DNA from: a virus
Taxonomy: Duplodnaviria > Heunggongvirae > Uroviricota > Caudoviricetes
DNA: 64,000 bases
IMG/VR virus record: IMGVR_UViG_3300009537_004349
Direction: 5' to 3' (one strand)
How positions within the stretch are numbered: position 1 is the stretch's first letter; each line of letters begins with the position of its first letter. This document shows, in pieces, positions 8,990-16,650 of the stretch. Position numbers and translations under genes: made by a program. The notes beneath the pieces are model-generated. The model saw nothing but the letters and a program-made list of their open reading frames with translations. It ran no database searches and was not told where the DNA came from.

Positions 8990-9194
8990 ATCGGCACTCT
9001 ATCCACTCTTCAAAGGTAATGTATCGTTCATCTACTGATGACAACTCGGGAGAAAACTTTTTTATGGTTGCAAAGTCACAATATTGCAAAGCGAAAGCTT
9101 CAGTGTCGTCATTTCCTGGGAATATCATTATATCTTCAATGTTATAGCCATTGAAGACAATCTTATATATATCCGTCTGAAGTCTTGGTATCAT
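8922..9194 (-). CDS. hypothetical protein; C-terminus reads into tRNA-Glu
   Basis: 90-aa ORF; last about 23 codons overlap the tRNA. Confidence 0.4.
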   Translation of the reverse strand: MIPRLQTDIYKIVFNGYNIEDIMIFPGNDDTEAFALQYCDFATIKKFSPELSSVDERYITFEEWIECRCPYQLMARLPDSQSGNRGFESP

Positions 9195-9387
9195 CCCGCT
9201 TACCTATTATAACTGAACAGAAGTAGTTCACGTACTCCATTTCTTCATCTGACATCTTATACCAATGCTCATCCATAGCATCTAGTATTTCATCTTCACG
9301 CTCAGGTTCTTCCTTGCGAACTCTCAATAACTCCATGGTTAAATCCATGTAGGCATTAAAATGTTTGCCAAACTTTGTCTTAGCCAT
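9163..9387 (-). CDS. hypothetical acidic protein
   Basis: 74-aa ORF. Confidence 0.45.
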   Translation of the reverse strand: MAKTKFGKHFNAYMDLTMELLRVRKEEPEREDEILDAMDEHWYKMSDEEMEYVNYFCSVIIGKRDDTKTSDGYI

Positions 9388-9667
9388 GTGCCTGCTTGAG
9401 TGCTAACTCATTCCTAATCATGTAGTCTAAGTCGTGATGCCTGTAAGTTTCTCCATTACAATAGCATTCCTCGGCTATCTCATCATCGATATCTAAATGC
9501 TCAATAAAAGCACTGGCCGGGCCTATGTGTGCTACAAGCCTATCAAACGAAATTTCTCTCTTGCAATGGTAGCTATATAGTTGACGTATCCAATGCTCGG
9601 GTCGTTTATTAATCATATCCCAGTTACGCCTTTCAATATTGCTTTCTGCACAGATATAGACCTGCAA
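9380..9667 (-). CDS. hypothetical protein
   Basis: 95-aa ORF. Confidence 0.45.
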   Translation of the reverse strand: MQVYICAESNIERRNWDMINKRPEHWIRQLYSYHCKREISFDRLVAHIGPASAFIEHLDIDDEIAEECYCNGETYRHHDLDYMIRNELALKQAHG

Positions 9668-9810
9668 TCTTTCAACTGAGGCTTGTTATCTTTCCTAAAC
9701 ACTGCCCCATATCTATACCTGCCTGAGTGATCAACGCACACTAATAAATCTTTTGGATACAAACCGCAGTACAAAGCATAGTGATACTTATCCTCTATTG
9801 TGCGATTCAT
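9613..9810 (-). CDS. hypothetical protein
   Basis: 65-aa ORF. Confidence 0.35.
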   Translation of the reverse strand: MNRTIEDKYHYALYCGLYPKDLLVCVDHSGRYRYGAVFRKDNKPQLKDCRSISVQKAILKGVTGI

Positions 9811-9813
9811 CTA

Positions 9814-10011
9814 TTATCCCAGGTCTTCTATTGATTTTACCTCAGCGTCGTCCCATTCGGTTACAACTAGATAACCGGAGTCTTCAAGAAAACTAATCAT
9901 AGCATCGTACACTTCTTTGTTGCTATCTACCAATTCTCCTCTGACATATATATTACCATTCGGATCAAATCTCAATACCTCGTCGGTATCTACGTTAAAA
10001 GATATAGACAT
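9814..10011 (-). CDS. hypothetical acidic protein (start at Met16 after the tRNA)
   Basis: Track ORF begins inside tRNA-Lys; ATG at 10009-10011. Confidence 0.45.
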   Translation of the reverse strand: MSISFNVDTDEVLRFDPNGNIYVRGELVDSNKEVYDAMISFLEDSGYLVVTEWDDAEVKSIEDLG

Positions 10012-10028
10012 TAAATCCTCTGTTCGAT

Positions 10029-10105
10029 TGGTGGGTCCAGTGGGACTCGAACCCACAACTCCCTGGTTAAGAGCCAGGTACTCTAGCCAATTGAGTTACG
10101 GACCC
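10029..10105 (-). tRNA. tRNA-Lys (anticodon CUU)
   Basis: GGGTCCG acceptor, anticodon arm CCTGG-CTCTTAA-CCAGG, T-arm GTGGG-TTCGAGT-CCCAC, CCA. Confidence 0.75.
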
Positions 10106-10341
10106 CGATTTGTTTGTGCTGTTTCTACCTCAATGATAGTTTGCTGTACTATTTTATTAGTTCGTTCTTCATGCAGTGCTCGAATCAAAGTGTGGTACGT
10201 TTCATCGTACCTGCCATTACTATCTTTGAACGACACACTTTTCGCGCCAATATCTCCAAGAGCCCTGGCAATCGCTGCGGCTATAGTGGACTTGCCTGAA
10301 CCGGAGCCGCCAGTGACTGTAATTTTTACCTTGTGTATCAC
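10096..10341 (-). CDS. small P-loop NTPase-like protein
   Basis: 81 aa with Walker A GGSGSGKST. Confidence 0.45.
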   Translation of the reverse strand: MIHKVKITVTGGSGSGKSTIAAAIARALGDIGAKSVSFKDSNGRYDETYHTLIRALHEERTNKIVQQTIIEVETAQTNRGP

Positions 10342-11090
10342 CAGCCGTTTCCTTTCACAGTGTAAACCTGCACCTGTTTTCTTATCTTGTTCTGTGGCTC
10401 CTGAGGAATTACTCCCAATCTAAAGAAGAATCGCCACCCAGGATTTACACAGGCCACTGCTCGATGCGGAGTGTTCTGGTCGAACTTTACAACATCTCCC
10501 TCTTGTAATTCCTTGTTGTAGAATGCAGCCTGAGAATTGAGTTGTCTATCAAGGCTGCTCCACACGTTCTCTCTATCTATAGTGAGTTCTATCTCCTCGT
10601 CAAGAAATTCTGTCTGAGAAACATTCTCAACCGTGCTAAGAATGCAGGTATAGAACTTTACATTGGGGTTAATCTTAGCTAAGTCGGGTTGTGCATACTG
10701 CTCGCACCGTGGAACCCCATCACAATGCCAACCTGGAATAGCTGGGTACATACCCTTCATTAGCATATGAGAACGAGTATCAATAATACAGTTGTACTCT
10801 ACCTCGCCCTCGCCCTCGCCCTCGACGTCCAGCTCATTGCCGTGTAGGTCTTCGACTTGTGTTCCTTTACTTTTTGCCAGACGAATCATTCTCGCTATGC
10901 CTGCCGAGCAAATGTCTGGCTCATTCTTTAGGAAGTCCAACACATAATTAGTGAGTGGGCCACCATGTTCTCTTGCGAAGTTCCAGTCAGCACTAAATAA
11001 CATAGGCTCACTATGAATTTCCTCAACCGACACCTTGGTCTCGGGAAGTCTTGCCACCACCTCTATTAGTGGATTGAAAGTATGTTTCAT
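10338..11090 (-). CDS. hypothetical protein, possible Fe(II)/2OG-oxygenase-like HxD...H site; contains an (EG)3 repeat
   Basis: Track ORF starts with TTG at 11153; first ATG at 11088-11090; WHCDG...PHRA motif; GCCCTC x3 direct repeat at 10800-10818. Confidence 0.4.
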   Translation of the reverse strand: MKHTFNPLIEVVARLPETKVSVEEIHSEPMLFSADWNFAREHGGPLTNYVLDFLKNEPDICSAGIARMIRLAKSKGTQVEDLHGNELDVEGEGEGEVEYNCIIDTRSHMLMKGMYPAIPGWHCDGVPRCEQYAQPDLAKINPNVKFYTCILSTVENVSQTEFLDEEIELTIDRENVWSSLDRQLNSQAAFYNKELQEGDVVKFDQNTPHRAVACVNPGWRFFFRLGVIPQEPQNKIRKQVQVYTVKGNGW

Positions 11091-11353
11091 TTCTTTTCTT
11101 TCGCGACGGAAGCAAAATCTCCCTCCGCCATCAGATACTCCGCCAGTGTGCAATAACGCTTGTAAGGACCTCGTGGCGGATAAACTTTATCCTCACCAGC
11201 ATACCTATACCCCTGGTCTATGTTCAGGTGAATATTATCATCGCCGCCGGTTATGAACGAATGACCCACAAATCTTTTTTCTACAAGTGTTTCTTTATAA
11301 AGATACCTAATTAGTGCCTCACAACTATCTCTGAGTTCTTTCTTGCTTCTCAT
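11087..11353 (-). CDS. hypothetical protein
   Basis: 88-aa ORF. Confidence 0.45.
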   Translation of the reverse strand: MRSKKELRDSCEALIRYLYKETLVEKRFVGHSFITGGDDNIHLNIDQGYRYAGEDKVYPPRGPYKRYCTLAEYLMAEGDFASVAKEKK

Positions 11354-11357
11354 CGTC

Positions 11358-11435
11358 TGGCCCTCCCAGTAGGACTCGAACCTACGACCTACCGCTTAGG
11401 AGGCGGTCGCTCTTATTCCACTGAGCTATGGGAGG
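11358..11435 (-). tRNA. tRNA-Arg (anticodon CCU)
   Basis: CCTCCCA acceptor, TAGCTCAGTGG D-arm, anticodon arm ACCGC-CTCCTAA-GCGGT, GGTTCGAGTCC, CCA. Confidence 0.7.
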
Positions 11436-11558
11436 TCTAAGTGCACTATCACAAATGGACGAGAACCCTTGAGTTTATGCTGGCCACATAACTGCCAGTA
11501 AAGCCCTTCTGTTCTCACCATATATACGTTGTATTCTCCAAGTGCGTATTTATATATC

Positions 11559-11768
11559 TCATATAACCAGTGTTCCATTCTTTACCTGCTCCAAAAATTC
11601 TTCTCCAGGTATGTACCCTGCAGCACGGATGTCCTCATCTTTCTTTATCATGTTGCCGCAAAATCCTGTTTGAGGATTGAAATAGAAAGAAGTTCCTTTC
11701 TTTAGATTAGCAGGATGCAGCATTAGTCCATATATGCTATACACCCAATTCTGCATGCCATTGCTCAA
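11559..11768 (-). CDS. hypothetical protein
   Basis: 69-aa ORF. Confidence 0.4.
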   Translation of the reverse strand: MSNGMQNWVYSIYGLMLHPANLKKGTSFYFNPQTGFCGNMIKKDEDIRAAGYIPGEEFLEQVKNGTLVI

Positions 11769-12051
11769 TGTAAGCCTCCGTCTGCTTCACCAGCTTCTTA
11801 TAGTCTGGTCCCTTCCTAACGAAAAAGATAGCCTTGTATTCTCTATCAGCCATCCCTAACTCTCTATGCTTAATACTGGGGATAATGTTCTCTAGCTGTC
11901 CTGAAAAAGCTTCGATTTCGTGATAGTCTTCAAAGCCGATTACTACTGGTAAGTTGGCCTCGATAAAGCTGTCAGGAATCTCAAGAGTCACTGTCTTGGT
12001 CACTTTTCTTCGCGACACTTTCTTTGCTACTTTCTTTTTTGCCATTTCCAA
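11737..12051 (-). CDS. hypothetical protein
   Basis: 104-aa ORF. Confidence 0.45.
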   Translation of the reverse strand: MEMAKKKVAKKVSRRKVTKTVTLEIPDSFIEANLPVVIGFEDYHEIEAFSGQLENIIPSIKHRELGMADREYKAIFFVRKGPDYKKLVKQTEAYIEQWHAELGV

Positions 12052-13087
12052 AAACCTCGTCTATATCTTCGATGGCCTTACAAATTGCACGGCACCTTCT
12101 ATCTAATTGTTTAAGCTTCATTTTGAAGCTATCGGAATCCATGCCACCAAACATCTTGGCGTTAGCATGGATTTCAGCAATACCTGTAAGAAGCAACGTT
12201 GCTGCCTCTGGCCTTGCTGCAAACTCTGGAACATCCTTCGCCTTCAAACAGTGGATGTCCATATCCATTCTAATCAATCTTCCGACCTTTTCATCACCGC
12301 CACACTTTCGCATCCAAGTCTTATAGGATACTTCGGCGTGATTTAAGAAGTGCCTCTTGCCTTCTTCATCAGTCCGCAAACAGTAGGGCTTTCCACAGTC
12401 ATGGAATACGGTATATTTTTCAAGAGTGAAGTCGTCAAATACCCTTTCGAGTAAAAGCTCTCGGTAATCATGTAGTCCTCTAGGAAGTCTAAAAGACTCG
12501 ATTCCTCTCCTGCCGTTATCGCTTGCCAGCCCTTCAAGTAGTAGGCGTAAGTGATGATGAACTTGTTGTCCATGCTCCAGTACCGACATGCCTTTCGTTT
12601 GCTCACAGGATTGCATATCTTTTACAACCTGTCTTGTCTGTCGTTCTTGTCTATCCAGAGCCTCAATCTGTTCAGATGTGCTGAGATTGCCCTGGTCCCA
12701 CGTTTCTCGCCAGCCTAATTTGCCGCCGTGATTTTTCTTTACTCGCCGATTCGGACGCAACGCTGTCTTATAGCCACGACAGAACTCCTTCACTCCTGGT
12801 CCGGGGCAAAGTGCTATCGCCGTTATAGCGTCGCCAATATCTGGCTCTCGAAATGTGGTATGTTGAATATTTTGAACCCTTAGGGTTCTGGAAACGGCGT
12901 AAAGGTCTCGTTCCGTTTTAACCGAAAGCGTGATAATAGAATTTGATGTGTCATGCCAGACCCTCGCCTCTTCTGGGAATTGAAATATGAAATCTGCAAC
13001 TGCGTGATTTGCTTGAACTAACTGATATCCTGGTGTTAAATCTTCTCGTGTAATGATGTAGAGCTTGTGCTCAGGAACCTACGACAT
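11981..13087 (-). CDS. PTH2-family peptidyl-tRNA hydrolase / HD-domain phosphohydrolase fusion; ATG-TCG-TAG then 366 sense codons (in-frame amber at codon 3, 13079-13081)
   Basis: Own translation: the minus-strand frame is open from 13078 into track ORF 11981..12793. The N-terminal extension (HKLYIITREDL...QANHA...ITAIALCPGPG) matches the PTH2 fold. The C-terminal part has an HD motif (VHHH...VFHDCGKP). AAGGAG is 7 nt upstream of ATG 13085-13087, followed by TCG and TAG. Confidence 0.5.
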
Positions 13088-13228
13088 ATTAAATCTCCTT
13101 AAAATGGTTTTTCCTTAACTCTTGGAACATCTGGAACTCTTCTTTTGAGTACCTGAGGCCCTTAATAATAATCAATCGGATGAGGTCTTTAGACGACTTA
13201 CATCCGTACAGATGATATAGGTACACCA

Positions 13229-13256
13229 TCTGTAATACCTTATAGTCTTTATTGGT
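13229..13256 (-). promoter_or_regulatory. candidate sigma70-like promoter (TTGACA-16 nt-TATAAG) upstream of the PTH2-HD gene
   Basis: Minus-strand TTGACA at 13251-13256 and TATAAG at 13229-13234 with 16-nt spacer; about 140 nt upstream of the SD-ATG. Confidence 0.3.
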
Positions 13257-13842
13257 CATTTGTCAATCCTAAAATTTCCAAAATGCGGTCGTCGGTGACA
13301 ACTCTATGCATTCGGATATCGTGCTGCTCGTGAGGTATGGAATCTATGAGCTGAAAGTCATAGCCTATCCCTATAATCTCGCCGTCGAATTTGGCAAGAT
13401 ATTTGTCATAGTATCCTCCGCCGTAACCTATTCTGTGTCCGTGGTGGTCAAAGGCTACACCGGGCACAATCAGAGCGTCTATGGCATTACGAGGATGGGT
13501 TACGAATCTTTTAGGCTGTGGAAAGCCCTGCCTAAAGTGATTCATGCTTCGTGGGTCATCCACTCGTGTAAACACCATGACCTGGTTTCTGCCACGAGTT
13601 CTAATGGCTGGATACAATGGAGCTATTCCCATAGCCAATAGATGATTGTGAATCTTCTGAGTCCTTACTTCGCTTTTAATAGGGACATATAATCCAACAC
13701 TATCATAATTGCTGATTATGGGGACAAGGTTACGAAAGATATGGGTGCTTCGTTCTTCCTGGTTTTGTGCAGGTTCCGCATCTCTTCGCGCCAGAGTTTG
13801 TTTTCTAATCCTGTTCTTGTCAGCTACAATTATACTGCTCAT
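13249..13842 (-). CDS. 5-formyltetrahydrofolate cyclo-ligase (MTHFS/YgfA family)
   Basis: ALIVPGVAFDHHGHRIGYGGGYYDKYL is the signature C-terminal motif of 5-FTHF cyclo-ligases. Confidence 0.7.
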   Translation of the reverse strand: MSSIIVADKNRIRKQTLARRDAEPAQNQEERSTHIFRNLVPIISNYDSVGLYVPIKSEVRTQKIHNHLLAMGIAPLYPAIRTRGRNQVMVFTRVDDPRSMNHFRQGFPQPKRFVTHPRNAIDALIVPGVAFDHHGHRIGYGGGYYDKYLAKFDGEIIGIGYDFQLIDSIPHEQHDIRMHRVVTDDRILEILGLTNDQ

Positions 13843-14005
13843 GAATTCGTTTAGCGTTGTCTAAATACTTCTCCTGAGATTCTGTGCTGAGACTGTCTAG
13901 ATACTTTCCCATATCGTCGCGTAGTTTTTTCCAATTCCTGGTGCCTGCATAATGTGTGCACAGGAAATAGTAGTATCTGATTATAAGGTTCTCAGTACTG
14001 TTCAT
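13820..14005 (-). CDS. hypothetical protein
   Basis: 61-aa ORF. Confidence 0.35.
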   Translation of the reverse strand: MNSTENLIIRYYYFLCTHYAGTRNWKKLRDDMGKYLDSLSTESQEKYLDNAKRIHEQYNCS

Positions 14006-14351
14006 CGACCAATTCCACGTCCAAGGCAGACAAATAATCAGCGAATGCTAATCTAATATCACCCTTATGACAATTCTCCGTTACTTCGAAGCAAACCCCT
14101 TTCTTATCACTCACATAGACTCTCCAGCCTATTTCTTTACCTAAATCCTTAAAGGACCGTTCCCACACCCAATACCTAAACTCTCCGGTAAAGCAATAAT
14201 GTTGCTTTCCTAGCCGCTGTTTATGAAAAGCCACTAAGGGTCTGGGTATGGAGCGGTGGAACTTTAGTTCCTTATTCTGCCACCAGAGAACGCCATCCTT
14301 ATAGTCTTGTAAAAGATTAATAGGTGGGGTTGTTTGAGTCTTTTTATTCAT
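13992..14351 (-). CDS. hypothetical protein (start at Met23, ATGA-coupled to upstream gene)
   Basis: ATG 14349-14351 overlaps TGA stop of the M23 peptidase gene. Confidence 0.45.
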   Translation of the reverse strand: MNKKTQTTPPINLLQDYKDGVLWWQNKELKFHRSIPRPLVAFHKQRLGKQHYCFTGEFRYWVWERSFKDLGKEIGWRVYVSDKKGVCFEVTENCHKGDIRLAFADYLSALDVELVDEQY

Positions 14352-14818
14352 TTCTCGTCTCTTAAAATACAGGTGGGATTCCATAGACCCTGAGGCTTGC
14401 GCTCTCCTAATTTCCACACCACCGACTCAGTTGTGCCGTGCTTGTATAGCTCTAAATGAAGCATGGTCATAGGCTTACCCTTGTCCTTCTTAAGCACCGT
14501 AGATACTGTTCCTATAATATCTCCCTCAGATACCTGCTGTCCTACCCGGCATTGCGTTTCTATTTCACCGTAGCAGAAAACTCCAGACTTACTCTCAATC
14601 AATACAGATTGGGTGTCGTTCCACCATGGCGTTCCAGCCTTGGGTCCAGTAAAGTTCTCTACCGCTACGACAATGCCATCTTCTATTGCGTAGACAGTTT
14701 CGCCTGGGTCGCAATACAAGTCGACTCCAGTATGAATATCATGTTTCCTGATTGCCCCAAACTTACCTTCCTTACCAGGCCAGGTGTAGTTTTTTAGAGG
14801 GAACATTATCCTTTTCAT
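14348..14818 (-). CDS. M23-family metallopeptidase (LytM-like)
   Basis: HTGVDL...GETVYAIEDGIV and MLHLELY motifs (HxxxD / HxH). Confidence 0.65.
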   Translation of the reverse strand: MKRIMFPLKNYTWPGKEGKFGAIRKHDIHTGVDLYCDPGETVYAIEDGIVVAVENFTGPKAGTPWWNDTQSVLIESKSGVFCYGEIETQCRVGQQVSEGDIIGTVSTVLKKDKGKPMTMLHLELYKHGTTESVVWKLGERKPQGLWNPTCILRDEK

Positions 14819-15559
14819 TTAGCCCCACCATTGACACAGCAGAGGCTTCATATCAAAAATAGTATCTGGGTCCCTGAACACATTGTAATAGTGACAGAAC
14901 AACTTGATGGATGTAGGAATGGAGGGAGCCCAATCTTCCTGCAAATGTTTTAGCAGGTCTTTATCCTTGGCCATTGGAGGTTGCCCAGGGTCCCAATGTC
15001 CAGTGAGCATATTGTAACGCCCAATCTCCATGTAGTCTTTATCCCAGTTTGTCTTATTTTCTCTTCCGGGCTTTAGCAACATGAAAGAATCGTATGGATG
15101 CAAACCTCTTACACCATACTCACTTAGGTCTACTACCACGCTTTCCAGTTGCTTCTTGTACACACGATTCTCGTAGTAATCAATCGTGTCATCGTATCTG
15201 CGCCAGCTACCAAATAGGCTGTCGTCTATATTGTTGTGCGGGTAAAACAGAATAAAACTCTCTGGATGTTCTGTCTCTTGCTCAAAGAAATCAGGAGGAT
15301 GTGGCTGCCGTCTAGCTTTGTTCTTCAAATAGTCAAGAAACAAATCAATGTTTCCATAGTACAACGGAGCCTTATCGGCATCCTCGTGGTATACATTTAC
15401 CAAAACATCTACACACTTTTGCTCGTCCGACAGAAACGCTTTGTAATCATCAAAGTCAGACTCGTAAATGTTCTCTTCCCACTCCTCGTCTATGTTCAGC
15501 TTATCATTAGGTGTCGGAGAAAATCCGTAACCAATCGACTTATGAATCCTAATTCCCAT
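14819..15559 (-). CDS. hypothetical protein
   Basis: 246-aa ORF, acidic, no motif recognised. Confidence 0.5.
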   Translation of the reverse strand: MGIRIHKSIGYGFSPTPNDKLNIDEEWEENIYESDFDDYKAFLSDEQKCVDVLVNVYHEDADKAPLYYGNIDLFLDYLKNKARRQPHPPDFFEQETEHPESFILFYPHNNIDDSLFGSWRRYDDTIDYYENRVYKKQLESVVVDLSEYGVRGLHPYDSFMLLKPGRENKTNWDKDYMEIGRYNMLTGHWDPGQPPMAKDKDLLKHLQEDWAPSIPTSIKLFCHYYNVFRDPDTIFDMKPLLCQWWG

Positions 15560-15945
15560 TATCTTTCGCTTTCATGTATCAAGCACTCGTAACTTTTCTT
15601 CCAAAGCCTGCCGAATGTAAATATTGTAACCTTTTCTATTGTGCACACACCGGTAAGCTTTTCGCCCCTCTTAACCCTATTGTAGAGATTCGCCATAGCT
15701 ATTGTGTTGTGTTCTGGATATTTGTGAAAGCAATGCCACAAATCATACGCACGTGTATACTTAGGAAATATCACCATCTCACATACTAGACATAAAGCTA
15801 TCAACATCATATGCGATGCGTATAGTATCGGTTGCTCTAACGTCCAGCTGCCAGTAAATAAAAGGTTTAATCCCGGTATTAGTATGTAAACAAAACTAGT
15901 CCACCAAGCTTTGTGGATTTTTCTAAACAACTTTGCTTTTCGCAT
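15559..15945 (-). CDS. hypothetical membrane protein
   Basis: 128 aa, multiple hydrophobic helices. Confidence 0.45.
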   Translation of the reverse strand: MRKAKLFRKIHKAWWTSFVYILIPGLNLLFTGSWTLEQPILYASHMMLIALCLVCEMVIFPKYTRAYDLWHCFHKYPEHNTIAMANLYNRVKRGEKLTGVCTIEKVTIFTFGRLWKKSYECLIHESER

Positions 15946-16114
15946 CTATGTAATCCTGAACAGAATACCTATAGAACGCAGGGTTTGGCTTCACTATGCC
16001 AGAGCATATCCACTTAACTGATGGTGGAGAGAACCCGGTATCTTCTATAATCAGTCTGTTTACGTTTCTACCAGACAACAGAAAGTGATACAGTCCATAT
16101 ATAGCTCTATCCAT
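15923..16114 (-). CDS. hypothetical protein
   Basis: 63-aa ORF. Confidence 0.35.
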   Translation of the reverse strand: MDRAIYGLYHFLLSGRNVNRLIIEDTGFSPPSVKWICSGIVKPNPAFYRYSVQDYIDAKSKVV

Positions 16115-16650
16115 TACCGACTCTTATACTTATCTACTAAGTTCTTAGCCAGCCTAAATGAACTCTCATTTTTCTTATGAGCAGCCATATCATCACGAAC
16201 TTTTGTAACAACCTCACCCAGCCAATTCTTACCATCCCAAGTCTTACGACTTTGAGTTTTAGGGTCGCCTTCTGCCAAACCAATTCCCCAAATCTTATCA
16301 TAAGGACTGGCTTCAACCAAAGTGGTGCCTGCTGTTTTTACCAGAGCATCTTTATGATTACTATTCTGACTGAACTTACAATAGTTCCCCACATACACAA
16401 GTTCACGTGCCACCTTAGCCCAAGCAGGAATGTCAAAACCTTTAACCTGCCTGCCAAGTTTCTTTTGCACACCAGGATGGTCTTCCGACATAATCTTTTT
16501 GGCAGTGGAATAGTCCTCGAACAATACAGCCTTCATGAACATCATAAACTGCTCTGCTCTGTTAAACTTCATTCCCTCGAACTCAAACGGGCTGCTACTC
16601 CACTGAGAGAAGGGTCCGTTCCAAAAGAATGTAAACTGCTCAGCCATCAT
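16114..16650 (-). CDS. NADAR (YbiA-like, DUF1768) family protein
   Basis: FFWNGPFSQWS...EGMKFNRAEQFMMFMKA...KLGRQV...LVEASPYDKIWGIGL matches the YbiA/NADAR domain. Confidence 0.6.
   Translation of the reverse strand: MMAEQFTFFWNGPFSQWSSSPFEFEGMKFNRAEQFMMFMKAVLFEDYSTAKKIMSEDHPGVQKKLGRQVKGFDIPAWAKVARELVYVGNYCKFSQNSNHKDALVKTAGTTLVEASPYDKIWGIGLAEGDPKTQSRKTWDGKNWLGEVVTKVRDDMAAHKKNESSFRLAKNLVDKYKSR

Noticed and set aside
10799-10818. GCCCTC x3 tandem repeat
   Set aside because: Lies inside a CDS and simply encodes an (EG)3 run; noted in the feature evidence, not an independent element.
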